The notes beneath the pieces were generated by a model that searched no databases, had not been told where the DNA came from, and worked only from the letters and a program-made list of their open reading frames with translations. 64,000 nucleotides of DNA, taken from positions 1-64,000 of the forward strand of contig DF237263.1 in the NCBI GenBank assembly GCA_000708835.1. The letters run 5' to 3'. The position numbers and the translations under genes were made by a program. This document shows positions 1-10,749 of this stretch, one piece after another. The stretch comes from Klebsormidium nitens. Its lineage: Eukaryota; Plantae; Klebsormidiophyceae. Position 1 is the stretch's first letter. Every line of letters starts with the position of its first letter.

Positions 1-48
1 AGGATGCATGCCAACAGAATGGTTATGGCGGCAAAAAGAGCTACATAC

Positions 49-164
49 CTGCTACTAGGCTGAGCCGTGAAGACCCCCTGCGTCAAGAGCTGCTTGCAAG
101 CAAGAGCGCCAGTTGAGCGCCTTCCTCTCAAGAGTCCAAACTTGGGAATGTGACGCCCCTGCAT
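49..164 (-). CDS. Possible first exon of a gene running off the left edge (MQGRHIPKFGLLRGRRSTGALACKQLLTQGVFTAQPSS..., presequence-like)
   Basis: ATG at 164 opens a 38-codon Arg/Ser-rich frame ending at a canonical donor AG|GTATGT at 49/48. No homology recognisable. Confidence 0.25.
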
Positions 165-977
165 ACCGCATCCTACATGTTCTGAGTCTTGAGTCTTGAC
201 ACGAATTACGATCAACCGGCCGTCGCACCTGATCGAGCATATGGCTGCGAGCTTTGAGAACGCGAGGAGTCCCGGTCACCCGGTGTCGCATTGACTGGCT
301 CCATTTGAAATCTTGATCATCGTTAAATTAACGGTTAATATGCGGAGTTGTGTAGTGATCTATTTCTCTAGGTATTTCAAACCATCTTCTTGAAACATCT
401 CTAGAATTTCGTCGCATGTGTACACGCGAAGTTAACATGTTGAAGCGGGCTAGTGGGTGGCCGGCTTTCCGGTTTCTCTCGCGACTTGCTCATATGCCGC
501 TCGTGTGAGTAAGTTTGTCTCGTGCTATATCAAATCGAGGTCGCATGCAACGCCACCGTGCATCATTGTATGTACGCAATTAAGAAGATGCCACACGCCA
601 CGTTCATTGAGCACCGGACATCGAGATGACCTTTTGTGACGTAAGTTGCACAACTGAGACGTCGCCAAATTCCGCTTGGCGTTACCTCCTCATAACTCAG
701 AGGCAAGGCAACGCCAGGAGATTTGAATCATCCGATGATCTAAATCACGATCCCCCCTTTGTAAATGCGCATGATGTGATTCCTTATGGAAGATGTTAAA
801 TGTAGCATATAGCTCCAGACTGAACACTCAAGCTGTAGAAGAAGCGGCCCTTTTCATTACAACATGTTTGTTCACGTATCCCCTTCGGATTGCGCTCACA
901 ATCCAGCCTAGCGGCTGCAGATCTATCCCCTCAGAACTAGGTCTTCCGATGTCTGGTGCTACTTGTAGGTTGGCAAG

Positions 978-3727
978 CTAGATGTTGACGATGTACCACG
1001 GCGACTCGAGTTCGTCCATGGGAACCTTATCAAACCGCGGCAACTGGCGTACGAACTTCAACACGTGACCTCGTTTATCGATGCATGAGCTGAGCAACTT
1101 TCCTTCTGGACCTCGCATCCTGTAATTTTCTGTGCTGTCGAAACGAACCGAAACTGCTAACCATTTGTTGGCATCATACCCTTCTACAGGAGGAACGCCG
1201 TCGCAAAAGGGGGGACTCTGCGGGAGATTGATAGGGATTCGTCAAACAATGAAAGAAGCAGGCCATCCAAATCAGAAACAGGCTTGGCAGAATCTATTCG
1301 AAGACCCCCATCTCCTTTTCAAATAGGGAGGGGCGTCGTTCGTCCCTGTTGTAAATGCTGTAATGAACCGGTTAACCGTCTATGTAAACCAAGGAACGTA
1401 CCCGCATGTAGATGTCCATCTCGGTGACTTGAACGCCTTGGAGATCCTCCAAGGTACACTCCATGACTTTCCCCTGCTCCTTGAATTCGTCCCATACGTC
1501 CTGCGAAGCAGCGTGTGATGAAAAGTGACGCAGATTATCGCTTACGAGAGTCCGTGTCATTGATACTGACTTTGCAAATGCTTTGCAAGGAGGCGGGCAA
1601 TCGTACAAGGATTGGGTAAGTATTCGTACAGAATGCCAGGCCTGCTGATCAGCCAGGGGGGGGGGTCCCAAAAAATCTGGCCAGTCAGGCAGGGTCGAAA
1701 TACTAGCTAAGCTTTAGAAGTTTGTTGAAGTCAACAACGACGAGAGAAGAGGTTGACCAGAAACAGCAATATTCTCGCTTCGCACAACATGTTATAAAGT
1801 TGTGATTGTGACTGCTATTGTGAGGAGGGGAAGCGCACCTGAAGATGCTTCAGCAGCGTTGGTGACACCATATTCCGCAGAGTCTGGAAGTCGCCCTTTG
1901 GATAATACTCCATGACTGCACCAAGGGGGCTGTCGAGTCGGGCCTTAACTTTTCCCACGAAAACTTTAAGAGAGCCTGCACCAGCCCGTCTTGGCCCTCC
2001 AATCTTTTTCGAAGAAACAACTGATTGATGTAACGAACGACTGGGAGCATATGATCGTGGAAAAGCAACATATTGCAAAATTTTGAGGAAACCAGTAAAG
2101 GCAGTCAGATCAACGACCAGCATCTGATTAGCCATGAACAGGATTGTTCCACCTCGTTGTCCTGTTGCCCTACCTTCTACTTCGTTCGGGGACAATTCAG
2201 ATGTCTGTTGACCGCACTTTTTGAATTGACTCCCTCAAATTCTTACTGTTGCTAACGGGATGCGCAACGTATCTATGACGGGTTTTTTTTTAAGGTGAAA
2301 GAACTTTGAGGCTGTGCCCTCCTGTCAGAGTTAGAAACAGCTTGCTTCTTAATTTACCAGTTCCAAGCATACGCGCAGAAGAGAGGGTAATCATAAATCC
2401 TCACATGCTCTGAACGCCACTTCCGCCCCTCGCTTGAAGTCGTCCAGGTCGAAGCCCCTCTCTATTCCGCGTTTCAGGGCCATCATTGTGAGTGCAACCT
2501 GTTCAACACATGCAGATTGACCTCAGCTGCAGGCAAGGTCTGCTGACAGAGGCTGACTAGTAAGCCCTGGAGCACAGGCACGTTGAAGAACTCACAACAG
2601 TACCAGAGCATTAAGATGAAAAACTTATGATTGCACCACCACACTCCGTTGCTTCCACAAGCTCTCACATTCTGCGCCAATCCAGCACTCCTATGCTCAC
2701 CACTATCTCATCGTTCTATGACAAAACTATCTTTGACAGCACCGCAGAAGCACAGAGTGATCATCGGATGAATGTTTCTTGATGCCCTGATTTAGATCTG
2801 TGCCAACGCGGTTGGATTTTGACCGCTTCTACTTTCTCTCGATTGCCAGTTCCATTCAATCTTGAAATTACTCACCCTGGCCTCCGCAAAGAGGTCCGCC
2901 ACATAGGACAGGATGTTCGGTTCGGGCCTCGTCAGCACTTCCGTTGCCTCCGCCTCCTCCCCCTCATTTGGAGGCCGCCCTCCTCCAGAGCTCCCATCCG
3001 CTTCCTTCTTTAGACCCTTTTCGCTTGTCCCAACTTGAGAAGCGCCAGCATCCGGCTGCTGCTCCTTTGAACTGCTCCCTGATGCTACCGAAGCACCGAT
3101 CGCCTGGTCCCCGGGACCTTCCTTCACTTCCGCTTCTTCCCTCTTTGCGCTCAGTGATCCAATCGCACTCTCAGAAACAGAACCTGAAGTTGACGTTGCA
3201 TCTGCGGCCAGATCAGCTGCCTCTGCGCCCCGTGTCTCGCTCGCCTCCTCAGCACCCTTGGAATCTGCAGAGCTGTGCTCTGCCGTCTGAGGTGCATCTC
3301 CACTTAGAGCACCACCAGTCGAACTCTCTGCTTGGACCGCTTCAAGGGGTTGAGTGGCAGCAGCGTCGCCACGCAGAGCATCTGATCCACCACCAGCGCC
3401 GCCTCTTTCGTCCACTGAACCGCTGGTGCTGCCTGAAAAGTTCCTCTGAACCACAGCGCCGCTTCTTGGCGGCGCTTCTGCAAATCCAAACCTGCCCTCC
3501 TGGTGAACCACCTGCGGCGCTGATGTGAAGAAAACCTTTGGCAACTGAGCGGCCTCACACGAGTGAGTGGAAAGTGGCCATCTCAAGGGCGCACCACTGT
3601 CGGACACACCTCCAAAACTTTCTGCAATGACTGGCACCTGTGTCCCTTTCCACCACGCGGCATCGAGCAGCTTTCCCTGCCTGCCAATGCTTTGAAAGAT
3701 GCGCCGTGCTGGCGGCATTGATGCCAT
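978..3727 (-). CDS. Tim44-like / MAIP1-like mitochondrial protein, about 453 aa, 5 exons (3727-2876, 2498-2405, 1915-1839, 1500-1402, 1217-978)
   Basis: GT-AG exons join in frame (total 1362 nt). Spliced C-terminus ...GFDLDDFKRGAEVAFRAFMEYYPKGDFQTLRNMVSPTLLKHLQDVWDEF...WLAVSVRFDSTE...HVLKFVRQLP...WYIVNI* follows the Tim44/MAIP1 pattern (FDLxxFxxGAxxAF; GDxxxLxxxVS; VxVRF; terminal W). The N-terminus is Arg-rich and presequence-like, followed by a Ser/Gly/Glu/Ala low-complexity linker. Confidence 0.7.
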
Positions 3728-4462
3728 GCGCCGATCACTTGTTCCCGCCTTCCTCCACCAATCTTTGCAGAAATGGAAGGCCGCACTTGCGCTGAGTCTA
3801 CCAGTGCCACATTCAAAGACCCTGCACTAGAGATCTTTCCTTCCCAATAAGTGCTCCCAGCCAAAAGAACGGTCCAAGCAGGGCGAAGGACAACCAGCAC
3901 TGGCAGCCAGCTGCGCTCTAGCCTCTAGCTAGACTTGTCGTTCTGCCAAAGATCATCTGCGAGTTCCCTTCAGGCGCTGGCTTTCAGCTACCCAAATTGC
4001 GTCGGGCCGTTCAAAACTTGGACATATTCTCGTCAGCTTCTGTAAGAATTTGATTTATGAAGTCTCGGTCGCAAAGGCTGTCTCCGATAAACTTGAAGTA
4101 TTTATGGTGAAATCTTGCTTCGAATGTACTATATAAGGGGCTGTACATCCGGCATACCTTAGCTTGTCGGTTGTGCGAGTTCCACGAAGAATTTAGGAGG
4201 CTGCATTGCGGCTTGAGCAGCCGTCCGACTCTCAACTGTGTCGGAGGAGGAGAGAGGTCCTGTCTGGGTCCAGTGGCAGCTAGCGAAAGCGCCACATTTT
4301 GGCATACCTGTCCATCTTTGGGAGCACTGTACAGGCCAATGCCTCTCTCTCGCAATCAGCAGCAACGAAGTCGCTGACCCCGAATCCTGGTGGTAAGCGA
4401 TTCAGGGCGTGCGCTGGCGCTCCACCAATTACGAGGGTTGCAACCTTATCAAGTTCTCTGCA

Positions 4463-7400
4463 ATGGCATTGAAGAGTGCGAGCCGTCTGTCCTCATTCAC
4501 AGAGCCGCAACTTCTCTCCCAGTCACGCCCCCAAACAGCTAATTGCGGTGAGCGGAATGGCTGTGGGATTCAGCTGAATGCAAGAGAACTCCGGCCACAA
4601 TCGGTAAACCATTTGCGCAACCATGTATCACAGAAAGCAGAGTTGGTAAGATCTAGGAAAGAGAGAAGACGGCAGAACAACGTGTGCTGCTGCGCTGGCT
4701 TGCAGCCAGACATGCCCGGGCCGTCACGGGAGGCAAGAAATCTAGAAGCAGAGGATGTGAGTGGTACTCACCTTTGTGCTGGTCACATTGCAGTCCCCTT
4801 CTATTTGACCCTAACAGCAAAGCGTCAAGACTGGAAGGAGAAGAGCCTGCAAAAACCTTTTGTTTCAGGCATACCTGTATCCGCCAGCGTAATGAACAAC
4901 GAAGTTGTGCAGAAGCAAGACCTGCTTTGAGTTATGCAGCTTTTTCGGCCACCCTGCAAGGACTCCAGTTTATGATTTGCGTGTTCCGGATCCTTTTCAG
5001 GAACATTTGTACATTTGAGCGGGTAAGACGGCTTGCAATTGCAAGTCCAGCTCATTCATCGAGTTTACCCCTTGGGCCAATGTTTCGCCAGCTGTGTACA
5101 GGCCAGAATCAAGAAGGATTTCGGTTTCGGTTCTGATCCGTTGGCTTCTAAGCAGGACATGCTTTTGGCGCTGCCCACCGAGCTCTTGCTGTAACTTGCT
5201 GAACAATTCAAGCAGACATTCAATACGACTCCGACGAAGTAGGAGTCGTAGGACATGAACTTCATTAGTAGAAACTGAACTTTCGAGAATTTAGGAGGAG
5301 GGTGGCAGTCTTTCCTGGTGTGACATTTGGCCAATCATTGTCACGTAGAATAAGTACAACTCAGTTCAGTAGACTTGATATACTCTCCTTGTTTTGCAGG
5401 CTGAAAGCCTGTCATTGCAGATTGAAAGATTGGAACGAGAACGGGATTATGCCATTGAGAACGAAGACTATGCAACAGCGGCGCGGTTGAGGGATCAACT
5501 CAAGTGAGGCAAAAAAATGACGCTCCACTTTTATACTGAAACCTCAATACCCTTCACAAGTTCTTCCCCAAAAATCACATATTGTTTCAGCTTCAATGTA
5601 CTGGTGTCTCTGTCTAAGGGGCATAGTAGCGTCTCCGTATACTGAGCGCTTTTTAGAACTTTGACAGTTGGCCTGACGAGAGCCCAAGGCGGCTGTAAGT
5701 CCTGTTGGTGCTTATCTGAAGCCACACACCTGGGGTCATTTGTTTCTCAAACATAAGAAGAGCCGATTTGGCGCAGGGACCATTTGATTGCCCTTCAAAT
5801 AGATAATGTCATGCTCACTTGTCTTTGGGACTTTCCATGAAGGGCATGCGATGGTGTGCAATATTGGTAAATTTCTTGGTTCAATAGTTTCCTGTCAGAA
5901 CGGTCTCCCATCAGAAAAGAATGACAAGAATGTGGATTCCAATTGGTATGAAGAGTCAGTCTTCCAATGATATCAGGAGGGATTAATACCAGGAGCCTCT
6001 ATGACATCTGTGAAAGGCGTGCAAAAGGAGCACACGTTATGTAACTGCCGACAAAAGATGCAAGATCATTATCCAAATGACCAAGAAGTGGTTACGCGGA
6101 GAGCAAGGAAGCGATGATCAATTTTACTCCCTCGTGCAGCTCATGAGAATCCAGCCCAGTGTTTGCAGTTATCCTCTCTATCACTTTGACACAACTTGGT
6201 CAAGACGAAATCGAGCACCTCACAGACGATACACATTTCAGGAATACACGAGAAAGCCGTAACTGTGCGTGGTGTCTTGTCGTGCACAGTGACACGACAG
6301 GATCACATGGCCGCTTCGGCAGCTAACAGTTTGAGAAATGTAGGCAACCGTTCCAAGAGACAGAAGGTGCACGTTACAGACGAAGTATTGAAAGTTCACA
6401 GCAAAAGAAAGCCGAAACGAGGCGTGCCTTTTTCTCGTGCAGAGTGATGCAAGAGGACCACGTGGCAGCTGTGGTGGCTGCCAACAAGCTGTTTTACCGG
6501 TGTTTTCAGCAGGGGGACGCTAAGGGGATGGCGCGCATCTGGGCGAAGGGGGACCACATCGGGGTGGTGCATCCGGGGGCCAATCTCATCAGTGGGCGGG
6601 ATGACGTAAGCGCGCCAATTACCTGAAACGTGCAATTTTTCGCTGCGCGGAACCACCTGAAGACCAGTGTATCCGATCGGACGTTTTGGTGGGTCTCTGT
6701 CAGCTCGTTTCGCAAAATGGATTGGGAGGTGATGATTACGGTCAGTGCCTTAACCGCAGAAAGGGCACTTTCTGACGGACATTTGAAGTGGTCGGGGGCG
6801 CCTGTTGGTCGAACTTTCTGCAACAACGAGCCTCGGGGTTACGGTGTCAGTTTGATCTTAACAATCCGTGCAAGGGTCCGTTCTGGCCTTCACAGAGACC
6901 GACAAAAGGAGCAGTGCTTACAGCCTTTTTCAGAGAGATGCCAAGGGTCGTTGTCCCCGCTTTGATTGACACCGTTCACCGAGAACCGGTTTGGCACACC
7001 TGCGGTGCAGAAGGAAGAGGCTTCGAGTCCCTCGAATTCTTTTTGCTCACCACCCGTCTGCACCATAGCTTTCCTTACGAATCTCAGCACACTGATATGA
7101 AGAAGACAGGTTCCGCTTATATCGCTGCTCCCTTCAATTCCTCTCTTCGTAGGGTAGGGTCCTCTACCTGACAGGGTCGACCGGACCGAGTTCTTCGTTC
7201 TTTTGCTCTCCTTCTGTTTTGCTCGTTCCGATTGTTTATTCTTTCCTTTCGTCAATTTTCAGCCGCATTTCTCGGGGTCTGCCATGCGTCCAGACTCTGC
7301 CTGTTGTAAGAAGCAAGGACTCATGAGGGCGGCGATCTTGCCACGTCGAGGGGATCTTCCACCGCAATCGAAAGCTTATGTCTTATGACAAGATACGCTA

Positions 7401-8211
7401 TGCCTGTTTGGTGCAGGTTATGGCCAGCTGGGACCTCATACTCGAGAGCTTTCGGACGGTGCGGGTAGTCATCGACCTGGAAAACATCCAGGTGCACGTA
7501 AATGGGCGGACGGCCCTCGTAAACTGCATCGAAGTCATGAGCGGGGATCGAGTGGGGGGCCGGTAAGTCTTTATCTGCGTGCGCCTTTTTATTAGATTTT
7601 GGTGATGGATCTTCCTTCAGAATAAGAATAAGGGGCCGATTTGTGTCGATTCCAGGCCACCAGGCCTTTGGTGACGAGTCTATGAGCGCCACAGCACTGT
7701 CTTTAGTCGTAGCTGCGTTCTGCCTGTCGGCTGCAAAGGTCTTTTGCTTTTTGTCAGAGTCGGACTGGACGACTTGCACATTGCACGCACTGATTGATAG
7801 CAAAGGTCGAACGAGGTCTTTAGAACTCGTGGTTCCAAGCATTCGTGAGTCCCCGTGAGTCCCCACTTCATGCAAGGTCGAAGCAACTTGTGTCAGCGCT
7901 GAGATTTGCGGTAGTCAACTGCTTTGTCTTTAAGTAGAGCTGAGGTAATACCGGCTTCACGCGATGTCATTGCAGCTCCCATTAGCGGCGAAGAAGGCTT
8001 TTATCTGGATGTAATCTGTGGTGTATAATCTGCACGACCTGGACGAGTTGGCCCTCGACACTTCTCTCTCTTGACCGACTACTTGATTTCAGCAATTCAA
8101 CGCGCTTTTATGTTTTCATGCAGAGTTGTGGCTACGAACCTCTTCGAGTGGCACGACGGCCGATGGTTGATGATTCTCCATCACGGTTCCGGAGCAGCTA
8201 TCAGCTTCTGA
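4463..8211 (+). CDS. UVR-domain + SnoaL_3/NTF2-like protein, plastid transit-peptide-like N-terminus, 5 exons (4463-4756, 5400-5503, 6443-6605, 7417-7562, 8124-8211)
   Basis: Exon 2 encodes LERERDYAIENEDYATAARLRDQLK (UvrB/C motif). Exons 3-5 encode VVAANKLFYRCFQQGDAKGMARIWAKGDHIGVVHPG...GRDDVMASWDLIL...ATNLFEWHDGRWLMILHHGS (SnoaL_3 family). All junctions are GT-AG and in frame. Same architecture as the plant UVR-NTF2 family. Confidence 0.88.
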
Positions 8212-9276
8212 TGTCTAGCGTGCCGACTTCTTACGTCCTTGCCGTGCGAGTTGCGAATACTACGTTTCAAAAAGGTCGATACAACCAAAAGACCTGGGCT
8301 TCAAAGAAGCTGTATTGAACGAACTCCTTTCTGACAGTTCAAGGTCATCCTGCGCTGGAAAAAAGACATGTAACGATCAAGTTTATTGGTGTGAAGCAGG
8401 GTTTGGCGTCGTGCTTATCGTAGTGCTGGCACTCACACGGGAAAGTCACAGTAACGAGACGCGACGTCGGCCAGGACAAAGCAGAACCTTGTGCAGAATT
8501 GCGATTGTAGTGCTGGCCGGACGCGCCGGCAACCGCCGTAAAAAGCGCTCGATCGATGAAGCGTCCTCTTTTGACAAAAATGGTGTCCAGCACCTCCAAG
8601 ATCTACTGCGAGCGCCGCAGGCTGTGCCGTCGTTACCGCCGCAACTTTCTCAATTTGAATTCACACCGTCCGACAAGCCGCAGCAGCGGCTTCACCTGAT
8701 TCCCCACAAACTTATGCCCGTGACGATACCTGAGATGTGGTTTGGTGCCGCCTCTATTAGGCAAGGCATGACGGCGGCATGCACACGGTGTGCATATGGC
8801 TTCACATACGATGTTCATAAAATCAAAGTTGTGCGCTTATACGTTGAGTCATTGTCATTGAGCTTGCCCGTTTCTTTTCAATTCAATCACGTACAGATCG
8901 AAGCAATATGCAATTAATGTGAGACGGTTCCTTGCAAGGAATCCGAAAGATGGATGATTTTACGGTACTAATTGATATATGCTTGGTATAAGTTCGATCA
9001 GTTGGTAGCGACGCTTAAGCGGCGGCACATATAAAGCACTCAGCGGTTAGCCTGTTCACATGCAGTTACTGAGCTATCTGATCTTTACGTCCAGAGCACC
9101 GTCCCGAGCGCCGGCGGTGCAACCGTCAGACGTCAACGGGGTCTAAGAAATTGGAGGTTAGTACGTCCGCCCTAGCGCTCCAATTGAACCGTTGCTCACA
9201 TTGAGCGCTTCGGGAAATGCAATCCCCGCGCGTACGTGCGGTATCTGTACATAATCAATAATGGACGTCGATCATT

Positions 9277-9475
9277 ATACCGATAACCCTCGTGTGACCT
9301 AACGGGCGTGTGACCTAAAATACGAGTCAACCGGGCACTTCAAACTAAAAACCTAACCCAGATAAACACTCGCTCCGCACCCCAACCCACCCTAACCACC
9401 ATACCAACCCCACCCGTCCCCCGGGTGCCTATCTTAGGTCACACGGCTCTTAGGTCACACGAGAGTTATCGGAGT
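9277..9475 (+). mobile_element. Non-autonomous TIR element (MITE-like), copy A; 39-bp inverted arms, 9-bp TSD, telomere-like core
   Basis: Left arm ccgataaccctcgtgtgacctaacgggcgtgtgacctaa (9280-9318) is the near-perfect reverse complement of 9434-9472. TCGATCATT occurs at 9268-9276 and 9476-9484. Core 9331-9425 is homologous to 10141-10236 (inverted) and 36112-36206. Confidence 0.85.
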
Positions 9476-10103
9476 TCGATCATTGACATGCTGGCAAACC
9501 CGCGTACGGTGAAGACGTGCCCCCTCATGCAGGTTTGACTGAGCCGCTATGAAGCTTCAACATATTTTGATCGGTCCCTAGGAGGGCTTGTAGTTACTTT
9601 GGTTGTGCAGCCGATCTCTAGGCCCTTTATATATTGGTCACTAGTGTTGTTGAGTATCATGCACGTGCGAGCGTGCTTCCAAGTCGCTGATTAGTCCTAC
9701 ATTATTCAGAGTTCTCTGCCGTAACAACACGTGTCGCCGTTCTACCTAGTCGAGCCAATTAACCTCCATAGAGATCGTGCACCCTCCGCGTTCTTGACTG
9801 TTCTCCCATCTGTCATCCACCTTCACAAACCGACCACCTATAATTTAAGCGCGCGCAATAAATATCGATACCCCTCTCTATCTACCTCTCGTGCACAATC
9901 GTGCACCGTTGTCTCTGCAGACGCGTCTCCATTCTCCGAGCTTTCAAAGCGGGCAAGGCGAGAAATTCGACTTTAATTCCTAGAAAAGTACTGATCTCCA
10001 CGGATGTATTGGAAGGACTGGTCCTGATGCGCGGGGCTCAGCATGTGAGGCGGCGGATACTGAACGGGTCTCCCAGCACTGCAAGAACGACATAGACCTT
10101 TAG

Positions 10104-10278
10104 TTTAGGTAGGATAGTTCTATGTAGGAGAAGGGCATGGCCCGGCGAACGGGTGGGGTTAGTTGGAGGGTAGGGTGGGTACACGTGCGGAGCGGGTTTA
10201 TTTGTCGGTTTAGGTTTTTAGTTTTGTTTCACCCGGGGACTGTTACTGAATAACATAGGAGATATCCTACGTCCTAAA
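10104..10278 (-). mobile_element. Same core-bearing element, copy C (inverted, degraded arms)
   Basis: Reverse complement of 10141-10236 (ccgggtgaaacaaaactaaaaacctaaaccgacaaataaacccgctccgcac...acccaccctaccctccaactaaccccacccgttcgccggg) aligns to the A and B cores. Imperfect inverted arms at 10104-10125 and 10253-10278. No TSD found. Confidence 0.65.
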
Positions 10279-10749
10279 TCTTGGGAGTATAAGAGCGACG
10301 GCGGTTGGCTGGTCAGGTCAACTTTTGATGCTGTCACGAACGAGGACGCGAAGACTTAACGCGCAGCAGTTTCAGTACGGCTTGCAAGCGTCGGCCGTGA
10401 CAGAAGAAGCTGTTTCAGCAACAAAGATGATTCGACCCAGTGCACTATCCTAGCTTTCAGGGTCGAGCGGAAACCCCGTCAACCAAAACGGTTTTTGAAG
10501 CAATTCGCAGTCAGAACCGAAGTGTCTCCTCCCCAGCTCTCCCAGTCGAGCGGCAAACCTTCTGAGAAGACAATCAACTTTTATAGCGAGCCGGGTTCAT
10601 CGATTCTGTTCTTCGAAGCAAGACAAAGGGACTTAGAAAAAGGTACCGGTACTTACACAGGGCTGACCGGCTGCCCGAGCACCGGGCTTTGGATCCCCGG
10701 GCTGTGTACCACGTGGGCTACCGACACGTGGGGCTGACGTCGTTTTGGG

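Noticed and set aside
1372-2195. Stop-riddled ORF fragments that first looked like a decayed viral or transposon gene
   Set aside because: They resolve into in-frame exons of the Tim44/MAIP1-like gene once introns are placed.
4011-4355. 114-aa minus-strand ORF between two divergent genes
   Set aside because: No recognisable motif or splice partners; it lies in the presumed shared promoter.
5700-6400. Coding-like AT-richer stretch inside the UVR-SnoaL intron
   Set aside because: All frames have stops and no domain is recognisable; cannot be supported as a nested gene or TE.
8315-8917. 200-aa plus-strand ORF
   Set aside because: TTG start, no exon-like codon bias or motifs; it sits just past the UVR-SnoaL stop, probably 3' UTR or intergenic.
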